Below are positions 7,348 through 18,300 of a stretch of 27,651 nucleotides of DNA, in pieces. The stretch is from a virus. Taxonomy: Duplodnaviria; Caudoviricetes. Both the position numbers and the translations under genes were made by a program. The DNA is taken from the IMG/VR virus record IMGVR_UViG_3300032290_000065, positions 1 through 27,651 of that record; one strand, 5' to 3'. Below the pieces are notes generated by a model, which was given only the letters and a program-made list of their open reading frames with translations, did no database searches and had not been told where the DNA came from. The stretch's first letter is position 1, and every line of letters begins with the position of its first letter.

Positions 7348-10300
7348 TACACTACCTCACTTAAAAATACTGTCATATCTGGTCCCTCTACATTTTTTGT
7401 ATAGTCTATATTATATACCACAAACCTGCTTAGTGGAGATGAAACCATATTGATGCCATTTTCTTCGTAGTCAAGAGTAACAATGTCACCTAGTTGAATA
7501 GTGGGAATGGCAAATATTTTAACGCCGACAGATCTTCTTGGCTTTGCTATTTTTTCAATAAGCCATTTCATAAGACTATTTGCTTCATCATAAGACTGAA
7601 TGTAGGGAGTGCTTAATGAGAAATCTTTTTTGCCATAAGTCATGCGACTTAGTTTTATGTCTTGATAGTCTTGTTTAAATTTGTAAGGATTTGATATTAG
7701 TTTATCTGCAACAAACTGTGGATTAGATGTAATTGAATTTTTATCAAAATAATCATCAACGCTTAATCTGTTATCTGATTGCTGGGTAAATGTTATTCCC
7801 TGAACCTTTAAATAGTTTCCAGAATCAGAATCAAGAATTAGTGCTCTGTCTGTTGCGTTAAAGATTATAAATTCTGCGCCGTAGGATCCCGCTCTAAATC
7901 CTGAAACAACATAGCCTTTCATGTCAGTAAATGTTGGAGATATTTTTGCAGTTAATGCTGGAAAAGCCTTGTCATATTTAAAGTTAAATGTTGCTGCTTC
8001 TCTCATAATACTTCCAAATTCTTCAAAATATATATTATATTTTGGTGCTTCAGAAGTTCCTATGCCAGATAAATAGGTGTCTTGAATTAACCCACTAAGT
8101 GCATACTTTCTAAATGATTCATGAGCACTTATGTCTGAGTCTCCAAAGACAGAGTTTACTGGGGCACCAAGAGAAAAGGTCGTGTTCTGTGAATAATTAT
8201 TACAAAGTGCATACACATTTTCAAACATCACTCTTGAAGACCCTCTTGAAAATAATGCTACATTAGAATATACTGGAAGAGGATCTAGATCATCTACAGT
8301 TTTAATTAGTTTCCCATTTAGATATAAATAGAATCTTCTAACTTTTCCAATTTCCTCATACTCCGCTGCAAGATCATACACTGTTGGGTTTTCTTCTGCA
8401 AACAATCTTGCTTTGCCAGTATACTTACCATCATCTACAGTGATTTCTCCTAAGCCTTCCCAAAGTTTTACTGGAATGGCTTTTCCATTTTCTGACTTAA
8501 TCTTATAAAAGAAAACATTACTAACGCTTTCTCTTTCATTTTTAGATAAATTTCCTAAACCTAGTGCTGAAATTTCAAAGTAGTAGCCAACATTTGTTGT
8601 TGGGTTTAGCATAAATGAAATACCTCCAGAGCCACCAGTTACCTTTATGTCTTTATCAGGAGTGCTTCCTTTGACTACATACATGACTGTAGATCCGTTG
8701 GATGTTTGACCTCTATCTTCATTGTTTTCTATTTTACCAACAATCCTCATCCTAGTACCAAAATGTTTATATTTGTTTGCCTCTAAAGATTTATAGACAT
8801 ATGAAATAAAATCTCTTGGTTTTTCTTTGGTTGTAAAGTTTGGACCAGTCAAGCATAGGGCTGAAGCCTGTAGAGTTCCTGTTTGAACAGCCGTTGTCGT
8901 ACTAACCTCTCCTATAAAAGAGGTTGACATAAAGTTTTTTATGATTCCGTTTCTAGAAGATGTTTTTGAAAGAGCATCAGATGACACTCCAGACAAAGTT
9001 AATTTTCCAGCAGACGCTACGGTGGTGGTGGGTGCGGTTAGGTTTTTTCCAAATAAATATTCAGAGGACATGTAACATCCTCTAACATTGTCATCTGACT
9101 TCCAATAGTCAGCAACTCCAGCATTGTGTGCTACAACCTTAGTCCCAAATTGTCCACGACCATGCTTTGCTACTGCTCCATTTTGTAATTTAACTACTCC
9201 ATCTTGCTCAAAATACTTTGGCTCAGAATAAATTCTAACTAATCCTGTAGGATATATCTTGCTATTAAATGGCAATTTTGCAAAATAGTATTGGTAGTCT
9301 TCGACTGAAGTTATCCAAACATTTCCAAACCCAGGAACATTATACTGAACCGCATCGTACTTAATAATTTCTCCTTGAGAATAAAAGTATCCGTTATACC
9401 TAGTAATTGAGTATACGGCTTCACCAAGGCTAAAGGTGTTATTAATTACGACATTGTTTTTTACTTCTGGAACTGCTTCAGATAAATTTGAGTTAAGCGG
9501 AATTGCACTAAGAATATATGAAGACTGAGTTCCAACCTGATTATTTATAGATTTTGTATTCTGGCTTGGTGCGACCTCCCATAGAAGGGCTGGCTTATAT
9601 ATGTAATATCTTTCATTGTCTAGAAGGCTTGCCTCTCTAATTGTTCCAATTGATCTTTCTATATATCTTGTACTGTAGTTAATTGATCCATCGTTATATA
9701 CCGCATTTTCTTGAGTTGATACAGAAATAACATTTGCTAACTTTGGCTTGTTTGTTTTATTTTTTATTTCTCTACTCTCTAAAAAATCTTTTGTTCCGCT
9801 AAGTGCAAAGTTTGTTGGCCTTTCTTTTGCTGTAGGCATTATATAGTTTTTGCTCATCATTACAAAATTATTATATTCATCAAAGAACATTGCTGTCTGA
9901 GTTGAAACAGCCAGATCTTGAAGAACTTGAGCCACGCTGTTTTCTGGGCTAACAAAAAAATATGGAATAACTATTTCTGTTTCATTTGCTACTCTTTTAA
10001 ATGTATAGTTAGAGAATCCAATATGATCTAAAAGCAAAGATACTGCAGAACTAAGAGAAACCTCTGTCATCAATATCTCAGGAGCAGTAACTGATTCAAG
10101 ATACCAGTACAGATCTCTTAGGTTTATAGATACACGCTTGGTCATTAAATCTTGTTTTGGAAATGAATCAGAGTATAATGTTTTAATTGGTACCCAGTAA
10201 TCCCAACCTGCAACATCAAGGATAACTTCATAAAACTTAAACTGAACATGTCTTGAAATATACTTTGCAATAATACTATTAGTGTTGTTGGTATTAAATG

Positions 10301-11735
10301 CCTGGTCGTGATCAAAAAGATTGATACTTCCATTTGATGCTATGAGTTGTCCAACTGGCAATCCAGATAGACCTAGGTCTGATGCACTTTTATTAATAGA
10401 ATAGTCTAGCGTTTTGTCTGAAACATTTAAAGTAAGTCTTGGAGAAATTTCAATAAGATCAAATGTTGAGTCTTTCTTGTTCATTGTTTCTACAACAATT
10501 CTTATCCCACTAATATATTCAAATTCTCTAAACTGTTTCTTTTTGTCTAGGGTTCTAACAAACACATCTGGAGATGTTGCATTTGTTACAAAGTTTGTTA
10601 GTCTATCAACTGTTTCATCCTGTATGTACCATCCGTACTTGGGAGTTAAAAGAATATACTCTTCACCATTCCATATATGATATACACCAAGATCTGTGCT
10701 ATTAGGTTTAATCAAGTATGCATATCCAATAACAGACTGCTCTGGAAGAAGTGCGTCGGTAGTATATGTTTCTGCTAAAACAAAACTTGCTCTCCACTCT
10801 TCTGGAATAATTAAGCCGTAGGCAATTTCAACATACCCGTCACTTTTAATTATGGGGGAGCCGTCTTTTCTTGTAATTGATGGATCAAAAGACATAACAT
10901 TTTCCCAATTGTTATCTTTTAAAAATTGAATTTTCCATTTACTTGGAGTCTTTTGATTTAGTTCTCCATAAAACGGATCTGCATAAGAGCCAGTAGAGGA
11001 AGAGAATGGCCCTAAGTTTTCTGTTCCTGTATGAGTTTGCATTTTAACTACAACCCTGTTAGTTGGAATCTTTTCTTTATAAACAACAAAAGGAACTGCA
11101 TCTTCTATCGCATACTGTGATCCTGTGGACTTTGACGCAATTCCATACTCAGACCAAGTTTCGACAGTACCTAACTTTTGTTTTCCATTTTTATCTGTAA
11201 ATATTTGAGACGGTCCATAAGAAACTGTATTATCATTATATGTATACTTATATGTTCCCTCTCCTCTGTATGATGTCCAGTACTTAAACTTATCGTTTTT
11301 ATCTGGCATATAATATCTTGGTCTATCTGCCATTACAAGGTTAGGGTGGTGTAGTTTCCCGCCCTCAAAAAATATTGCTTTATTTATTCCAGACCTTGGC
11401 CTAAACTGTCCGAAGCAATCCTCTAAAGAATATAGGGTTTGCAGTTTTTCTTTTTTGGTCAATAGCGTTGTTGGTATATTGTTATTGTCAAATGTTCCAT
11501 CAACAAGGACATCTGCATCTGTTGCTCCTGTATAGAAATTTCCTGTATCACTAACATCAAAACTATTTGGCAAAGAGGCATATACTGATGATGACTGGGT
11601 TGGTCTGTATCTATAGTTTCCTATTTGTTTTATGTTTGTTGGAATATTCATATTCCATTCAGCAATTATAGTTGACTTATTTCTTATTGTAGGAGATGTC
11701 TCTAAGAAATTTTGTAAGTCTTTATCTTCAAACAT
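7347..11735 (-). CDS. Large tail hub / central tail-tip (Tal-like) protein (start revised to MFEDKD, 1462 aa)
   Basis: Second gene after the TMP; hub-like segments LQDLAVSTQTAMFFDEYNNF and C-terminal PTIQLGDIVTLDY; GAGG SD and TAATG overlap at 11735. Confidence 0.7.
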   Translation of the reverse strand: MFEDKDLQNFLETSPTIRNKSTIIAEWNMNIPTNIKQIGNYRYRPTQSSSVYASLPNSFDVSDTGNFYTGATDADVLVDGTFDNNNIPTTLLTKKEKLQTLYSLEDCFGQFRPRSGINKAIFFEGGKLHHPNLVMADRPRYYMPDKNDKFKYWTSYRGEGTYKYTYNDNTVSYGPSQIFTDKNGKQKLGTVETWSEYGIASKSTGSQYAIEDAVPFVVYKEKIPTNRVVVKMQTHTGTENLGPFSSSTGSYADPFYGELNQKTPSKWKIQFLKDNNWENVMSFDPSITRKDGSPIIKSDGYVEIAYGLIIPEEWRASFVLAETYTTDALLPEQSVIGYAYLIKPNSTDLGVYHIWNGEEYILLTPKYGWYIQDETVDRLTNFVTNATSPDVFVRTLDKKKQFREFEYISGIRIVVETMNKKDSTFDLIEISPRLTLNVSDKTLDYSINKSASDLGLSGLPVGQLIASNGSINLFDHDQAFNTNNTNSIIAKYISRHVQFKFYEVILDVAGWDYWVPIKTLYSDSFPKQDLMTKRVSINLRDLYWYLESVTAPEILMTEVSLSSAVSLLLDHIGFSNYTFKRVANETEIVIPYFFVSPENSVAQVLQDLAVSTQTAMFFDEYNNFVMMSKNYIMPTAKERPTNFALSGTKDFLESREIKNKTNKPKLANVISVSTQENAVYNDGSINYSTRYIERSIGTIREASLLDNERYYIYKPALLWEVAPSQNTKSINNQVGTQSSYILSAIPLNSNLSEAVPEVKNNVVINNTFSLGEAVYSITRYNGYFYSQGEIIKYDAVQYNVPGFGNVWITSVEDYQYYFAKLPFNSKIYPTGLVRIYSEPKYFEQDGVVKLQNGAVAKHGRGQFGTKVVAHNAGVADYWKSDDNVRGCYMSSEYLFGKNLTAPTTTVASAGKLTLSGVSSDALSKTSSRNGIIKNFMSTSFIGEVSTTTAVQTGTLQASALCLTGPNFTTKEKPRDFISYVYKSLEANKYKHFGTRMRIVGKIENNEDRGQTSNGSTVMYVVKGSTPDKDIKVTGGSGGISFMLNPTTNVGYYFEISALGLGNLSKNERESVSNVFFYKIKSENGKAIPVKLWEGLGEITVDDGKYTGKARLFAEENPTVYDLAAEYEEIGKVRRFYLYLNGKLIKTVDDLDPLPVYSNVALFSRGSSRVMFENVYALCNNYSQNTTFSLGAPVNSVFGDSDISAHESFRKYALSGLIQDTYLSGIGTSEAPKYNIYFEEFGSIMREAATFNFKYDKAFPALTAKISPTFTDMKGYVVSGFRAGSYGAEFIIFNATDRALILDSDSGNYLKVQGITFTQQSDNRLSVDDYFDKNSITSNPQFVADKLISNPYKFKQDYQDIKLSRMTYGKKDFSLSTPYIQSYDEANSLMKWLIEKIAKPRRSVGVKIFAIPTIQLGDIVTLDYEENGINMVSSPLSRFVVYNIDYTKNVEGPDMTVFLSEVV

Positions 11736-12370
11736 TATACCTCTTCCAAGGTAACCGAGACATTCCAATAATCAAACTTAGTTCCTCTTTTTTCTACAGA
11801 GTATGAAAAACTTGATATAAACATTTCTACAATTTGGTTATACTGCTGTAGGTGATCATATGGAGACTCAGTTCCTTTAAAAATTCCTTTTCTATCATAT
11901 GCAAGGAACACCCAGAAAGAACCTTTGTGACCGTCATACCATTCAAGCATGTCCGCTCCACCTGCTCCGCCATCTGAAGTATATGAGGTATGAGGAGATA
12001 GTCCTGTTGCTGGATTAAAGCCTGGAACCTCTGCGTGAGACCTTGATGGAATCATATTCCAACTAGTGCTAATCTTCATCTTATCTGCAGTATGGTAGGA
12101 TCTCATACGGCCATTGATCATTCTCTCCCGTTTTTCAATACGCTCATCTGAAAAATCTAAAGGGGTTCTGTTATCATCTGTAAGAATTAGGAATTGGTTT
12201 GCTAGGCTTTGGTCTACTTCAAGAGTTGCATCTGCCCCAACCTCTAGGCCGTAAGGAATATACAAACTATTAATCAGGGTACCAGAGTTTTCAGACCACA
12301 GCATTGCACTAGGTCTGTTATATCTTTTACGCTTTTGCATGTAGTTAAAACTTGGATTAATTGCGGACAT
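11735..12370 (-). CDS. Probable distal tail protein (Dit-like)
   Basis: Immediately after the TMP; 211 aa with RMINGRMR and a C-terminal WNVSVTLEEV strand, typical of Dit/gpM-like proteins. Confidence 0.65.
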   Translation of the reverse strand: MSAINPSFNYMQKRKRYNRPSAMLWSENSGTLINSLYIPYGLEVGADATLEVDQSLANQFLILTDDNRTPLDFSDERIEKRERMINGRMRSYHTADKMKISTSWNMIPSRSHAEVPGFNPATGLSPHTSYTSDGGAGGADMLEWYDGHKGSFWVFLAYDRKGIFKGTESPYDHLQQYNQIVEMFISSFSYSVEKRGTKFDYWNVSVTLEEV

Positions 12371-15300
12371 TTGCGTTTATCCCCCTAACTCTTCTGTCGT
12401 TTACTGTTCTTATTTGTGACATTACTGTCTGTGCAATTTCGTTTGGATTAGCATCCGTCTTTGCATTGACTGTTAATGTATATGTATTATTATACACTGC
12501 CCCGCCGATGTCTGCGCCACTATTGATTTTCTTCATATTATCTACACCATAAGAATCTACAGCATACTTACTCATAACAAATTCTCCTGGGGTTAACATT
12601 GCAGGAACGGTATCTGTACCAATTGAGAACCCTCCCTGAGCAAAATACTTTGGAACAATTCCTCCTGATGAAAGTGCTAGTGGCATATATTTACTGCCAC
12701 CACGATTACCAATTGGTTTAGGCTCTGGCTTAGGTTCTAGTTTAGGCTCTGGTGTTGCCCATATAATACTTCCAAGAGCAGCAGCGCCTCCGCCTATGGC
12801 AAGGGCTGCAGCCTTTATTGGATTCATTGGTGGTGCCAATTCTTTAATTGTGCCAGGTACTAATACTGGAGGTGCTGTTAGTCCTGGGGGTGTTGGCTGA
12901 CCTGGAAGTAGTCGAGCCCAAACCTCTGCTTTTACTTTTAAATCTTCTGCTACCCTTGCAGATGCTTGTCCTGTGACCTTTATGCTTTCTAAAATTAATT
13001 CTGCGTTCTTTTTAAGTTCTTCACCCTTATATCCTGCACCTTTTAACATTTTGAGAATATCTTTTTTGCTAAATGCCTCTAGAATATCTACTCCTTTACC
13101 AATGCCTGCAGAAAGTGCTGAAGTTATTGCTGTCTCTTTCCAAACATTTTTACTAGCGCCAGTAAATGTGAGTAATGGCTTACTAAGTTCACTTGCTAAG
13201 GCTTCAACGGTTGGTGCTTGTGGCATATAATCTAAACTTCTTCCAAAGTCTATAAGTCCTGGAACAAGTGTTTCTGGATTAAGCGTTACGTTTCCGTCAT
13301 GAGTATCAACAAACCTCATCCCAGACATAATTGCAGATCTGAGTCCACTTGCTGCAGCCATGGCTGGATCAGATACTCTGTCAAATTCTTGACCAAGAGT
13401 ACCCGCTTTAGCAGTTAATGCCTTCAGTGTTTGTGCTCCTTGTGCTGCAACATCTGGGCTAAAGACTCCATCTGCTACCTCGGCCCCTTTTCGAAATACT
13501 GGAACATTTGCTGGAGCAATAAGGCCTGATGCTCTGGCAAATATGCTACCAAACATTTCTCTTTGAACGTCCGCAAATTCTAGACCAGTTTTATAGAATC
13601 CAGGAACTCCATCTAAGACTGCTCTGAATGTTGAGTTTATGCCACCCTGAACACCATCTGAACCTTGTTGTCTAGCAAGCGCTTGTCCAATTTCAAGTGC
13701 CTTTTCAGAAATTTGCCCTGGAAGTTTAAATCCTACAGCCTTCTGGCCCAAACTAGGAAATATAGTTGTTAATTTATCTTTTGCTTTCTTAACAAGTGAT
13801 CCTGCAACAGAGGCATAATATCCTGCATTTTTTGCTGGTCTTTGCTGAACACGCTGTAACTCAAATTCTTTTGCTGAAAGTGCCAGCAGGTTATCCCAAA
13901 GAGGATGGCCTTCTTCAATTGCATTCTTGGGGTTATAAGGAATGTTGTGAGTACCCTTAAGCATCCACGAACCGTAGGGAGTTTCTTTAACATATCCTGC
14001 AGCATTCATCTTTTCTATCAGTGGAACCATTGCTTTTTCTACTTTTTTAATTTCAACAGTATCGTTAATAAGCCCCATTCTTGCCTTACCTCTTTGAAGA
14101 CCATCTATAAAACTATTTTTTATATTATAGTGTGGGTTTGCTGCAGGCAAGAAAAGTTCTTTTATTGGTTTAATAACCGCAGATCCTGCTGACTTGATTG
14201 ATCCAAACATATCATTTGAAACACGAGACACAGGTCCAGCAATTGATTTACTAAACATTGGACCAAGTTTTGACAAAAGGCCTCCAGTTTCTTTTATTAA
14301 TGGTGCTGCGGCTTTTGTTCCTTCTTTACCTAATTTACCAATTCCAAGGAAGTTTAGTGGAAAAAATACACCATTAAACTTATCTTCTGTAGTTGCTTGT
14401 CCAGTTATAGTTTTTAAGAAACCAGTCAAGCCAAGAACATCTGCTTCCATCCAGGATGTTAGAGGAGATTTATTAAGTGTTGCTTGTGTTTCTTTATCAG
14501 TTTCTGCTCTAGACCTAGCATATCTAGCAAGCCAAGAATTGTTGTTAGCCCCTGTTTTAGAAGGATCTCTGTCGCCCTTACCAAAGAACTTGCCCAACCC
14601 ACTAGAAGAAGCGGTTGTTTCAGGAGCATTTCTTCCATGTCTATGTCCTACTGGTCCACCTTTATGATAGTATCCGACATTCATTGCGTCAAGATTCTTA
14701 ACACCATACTTATTCACTGCATCTTTTCTTAAGATATATTCTCCTGGTGTAAGCATTGCTGGGACGGTATCAGTTCCCTTTGCATACAGTCCAGACTCAA
14801 AAGCGCTTGGGACAACTCCTCCAGAAGCCATCATCAGCAGTCCCCCGTAGCCACCAAAGCCACCGCCACGGCCACGACCACGGAGCATTCTTGCTTTTTC
14901 TAATTCTTCAAGAAGAGCCTTGTCTGCTAGAGCCTTATCTGCTGCAACCTTATCTGCTGCAATCTTATCTGCTGCAATCTTATCATCTGCAATTTTTTTG
15001 TCTGCTGCTGCTTTATCTTCTGCTGCTTTCTTTTCTCTTGCTGCCTTATCTGCTGGAGTTTCTCCTTCAAAACCTTTTTCTGGAACAAAGGCTTGGCCAT
15101 TAATAAATGCCCCATCTTTGCCACCAACCTCTGCCTTATATCCTGCAATTAAATTTGCCTGAGTACTTATTGCAAGACCCATAGAATCTACAAATGCTGC
15201 GCTCTTAATAAGTGCAAGATCTACCTGGTTTTTAATTGCTTCCCAAGCATCTCTTGTTCTTCCAAGGACAGTAATTCCTTCTATATCCTTATCTAATTGG

Positions 15301-18300
15301 ACCTGTCTTAGGCGAATAAATTCTTGCGCTGGCTCGATCTTTTCTTCTTCGATCTTAAAGACTTCATCCTGAAGATTTTTAATTTCTTCTTCAAGTTGTT
15401 TTCTAGTCTTAAGTTTTCCATCAGTTTTATCAAGTCCTGTTAGGCTACCTAACTCATATTGTCTAGACTGCTCTATAGCATCCCTTTGCTTTGCTACAGC
15501 ATCGGCTGCTGCCTGAGCGCTCATTTCTTGTGCAGCCCTTGCTGCTGCTGCAATGTCTCCAGATGTTAATGCTTCAGCCAGAGACAGTTGTCCCTTTTGC
15601 TGATTAGAGATGGCAGAGTTAGCCTTTTCTATTTCATCTAAGGCTTCAATTCTTTTGTCGTACTTATCGTTAATCTTTTGTTCTTGATCTTCGATGCCCT
15701 TAAGCGCTGCTTCTTTGTCATCTACCTTATACTGAATTGCTGAAATTGCATTTTGTGCATCAGTAACGATCTTGTCTTTTTCTTTTGTATCTACCTTAAA
15801 CTTTAACTGAAGTTCAGTTTCTTGAACATCAAAAGACTCCATTGCATCGCCAAAACCTTTATCAAACATATCCTGCATAAACCCAACTGTGCTTTTTAAC
15901 TGAGCCAGCCTTGTATCAAAATCACTTATTAAAGTATTTAAATCAGCCTGTGCAGTTTTAATAACTTCTTTATCTGCACCTTTCTTAATTAAATTATTAA
16001 CTTTTGACTGCTGAGTAGCAATCACATTTTCCATTGCTTTTAGGTTTTCATCAGAATCAATAGCAAAAGCAGTTGCTGGATCAAACTTCTTTTTAATTCT
16101 TGCCTCTTGAACTCGGTCTTTTTTAAATTTATCAATGTCTGTTCCTACTCCTTTAACCGCTGCTGATTTAAGTTGTGCTGCAGTTAATATTTTATAGTTT
16201 GTTGCTAACTTAGCAACTGACTTTGAGTTCTTCTCCATAGCAATTGCTTGGGCAAGTCCAGCATTTTCAACAATTGAGTAAGCATCTGCAACTGGAATTC
16301 CTATAGAAGCCAACTTAGCAAATGCTATTGCCTGATCTTCAATAACATTAGTTTCTGCTTCTGTCTTTGAGTTAAAGTCTCCCATGGCAATAGAGTTTAG
16401 GGCTTCTTGAATATTTTTAGCATCCTTCTTTAGCCCAATAATGTTTCCCTTATTGTCAAACTTGAACAAAGACTTTTTCTTTTCTTCGTAGACCTTTGGA
16501 TCCATACCAACTATAAGTTCAATAAAGTCTTCACTTCCCCCTATTTTTCTTAGATCATTTTCTATACCGCTGAAAGCATCAAGGGTCTTCTTGCCTCCAA
16601 ACAGGCCATCTAGAGCCTTACGAGAGGCACTCCAGCCCTCTGTGACCTTAATCTGGTTCTTACGTACATCTCTTAGTTTCTTTACTAGGTCGTCCAGTGG
16701 TGAGGACTGTGTCTTGCCCCCGCTGCCATCTGGGGTCGTTGGTGGAACTATTGATGTATCTACTCCAACACCCTCAGTTACAGCCTTAAAACCTTGCTCT
16801 TCTCTGTAGAGAGCAAGTTGTGTTGCAATAGGAAGAGAAGCATAACTTAATCCTCCATAATTCTTTTTACCAATCATCGTGGTTGGAGATTTTTGCCAAT
16901 CAATAAAGTCATCGCTGGCAGCAAGAACTGGGTCTTCAACATATATAGTTGATGCAATAGTTTGAACATATGTTCTTTTCTCAGCATCTGTTTTTAAACT
17001 GTTAAAGTATACTTCATCAAATGCCTCGCTATTTTTAAGTTCTGGAATAAGTTCATAAACTTGTTGCACCTTGATATCCTTCATAGATTCAATACCATCA
17101 AGGGCTGCATTTAGTTTCGCATATGCGTCTTTGCTTTCTGTAGTGTCAGCGCTGTAATAACTAACCAGAATATCTGATGGAATAACTTTGTTTGCGTTAT
17201 TTAATTTAATTATATTCTTTGTAAAATCAAGAGCATCCGAGTCTTTTTCAAATGCGTTAACTTTTGTAATAAACTCTGTTTGTACTGTTTTATTTATATC
17301 TCCCTTAGAGTCAAGAATAACTCCTGCTGCTACGCCAATTGATTCAGAAGTTGCACCACTAAACTGGGTTATAATATTCATCATCATTGGAGCAATATCT
17401 TGATTCTCTGCTGCTAGACCTAGCAGAGTTCTAAATACTGATGGAGGAATATCTCCACTTGCCATCTTTGCTTGAATTAAATATTCTTGACCACTTGTAA
17501 TAAGGCCAGAACTTCGCAAATCCCCTGCTTGTTGATTAACAGAATCTAGGTATGCTAACTGATTAGGATCGTTTTTATACTTTGCAGTTGTTGCTTTTTT
17601 CATTCCGCTCATCATTGACTCTTGAAGGCTACCAGCACCGTCGTATTGCGATACTACATCTTCTTGTAGCAATGCCTGTGCAGCAGTTAAATCATTTCTT
17701 TTTTCAATATACTTTCCTTGCAATTCATTGGCTTCATTTATTTTTCCTTGTAGCCTTAACTCTTCAACCTTTTTTTGATAATACATATCAAAGGAATCAA
17801 GCATTTGTTTATTTTGCTCCATTGCAATTTTAGCATCTACTGCTGCCGTGGCACCTAGCACTGCTGCTTGTTTTACATATTTCTTTGATGTAAAGTATCC
17901 AAACGCTGCTCCTACTGCTGCGCCGATGCCACCACCGATTGCTGCTCCTATAGGCCCACCAATAAATGTTCCAATACCAGCACCTGCTGCTGCGCCACCT
18001 AAAGCAGATGCTCCGATGCCTGCAATTTGCATAGTCTTTTTTCCAGCAAGTTTCCTGACCATGTTCCCACCAACAAAACCATCACCACCACTTGCAGCAA
18101 GAGCGGCACTACTTTTCATATTCTTAGAATTTTTAGCAATCATATCAAGTCTTACCTGAAGAGGATTTTTATCTAAATCTTGTCCATTAGGGCCAAGTAT
18201 TTGCTCTATTTGAGCAATTACTTTAATACCCATAGTTATATCGCCTGCTTGTCTTCCAGCATTCATTGCTAAACTTTTTGCTTGATTCATATCCATTGCG

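Noticed and set aside
14919-15055. Tandem repeat as a CRISPR array or origin iterons
   Set aside because: Units are contiguous 15-mers with no spacers, in frame within the TMP, and vary as coding sequence.
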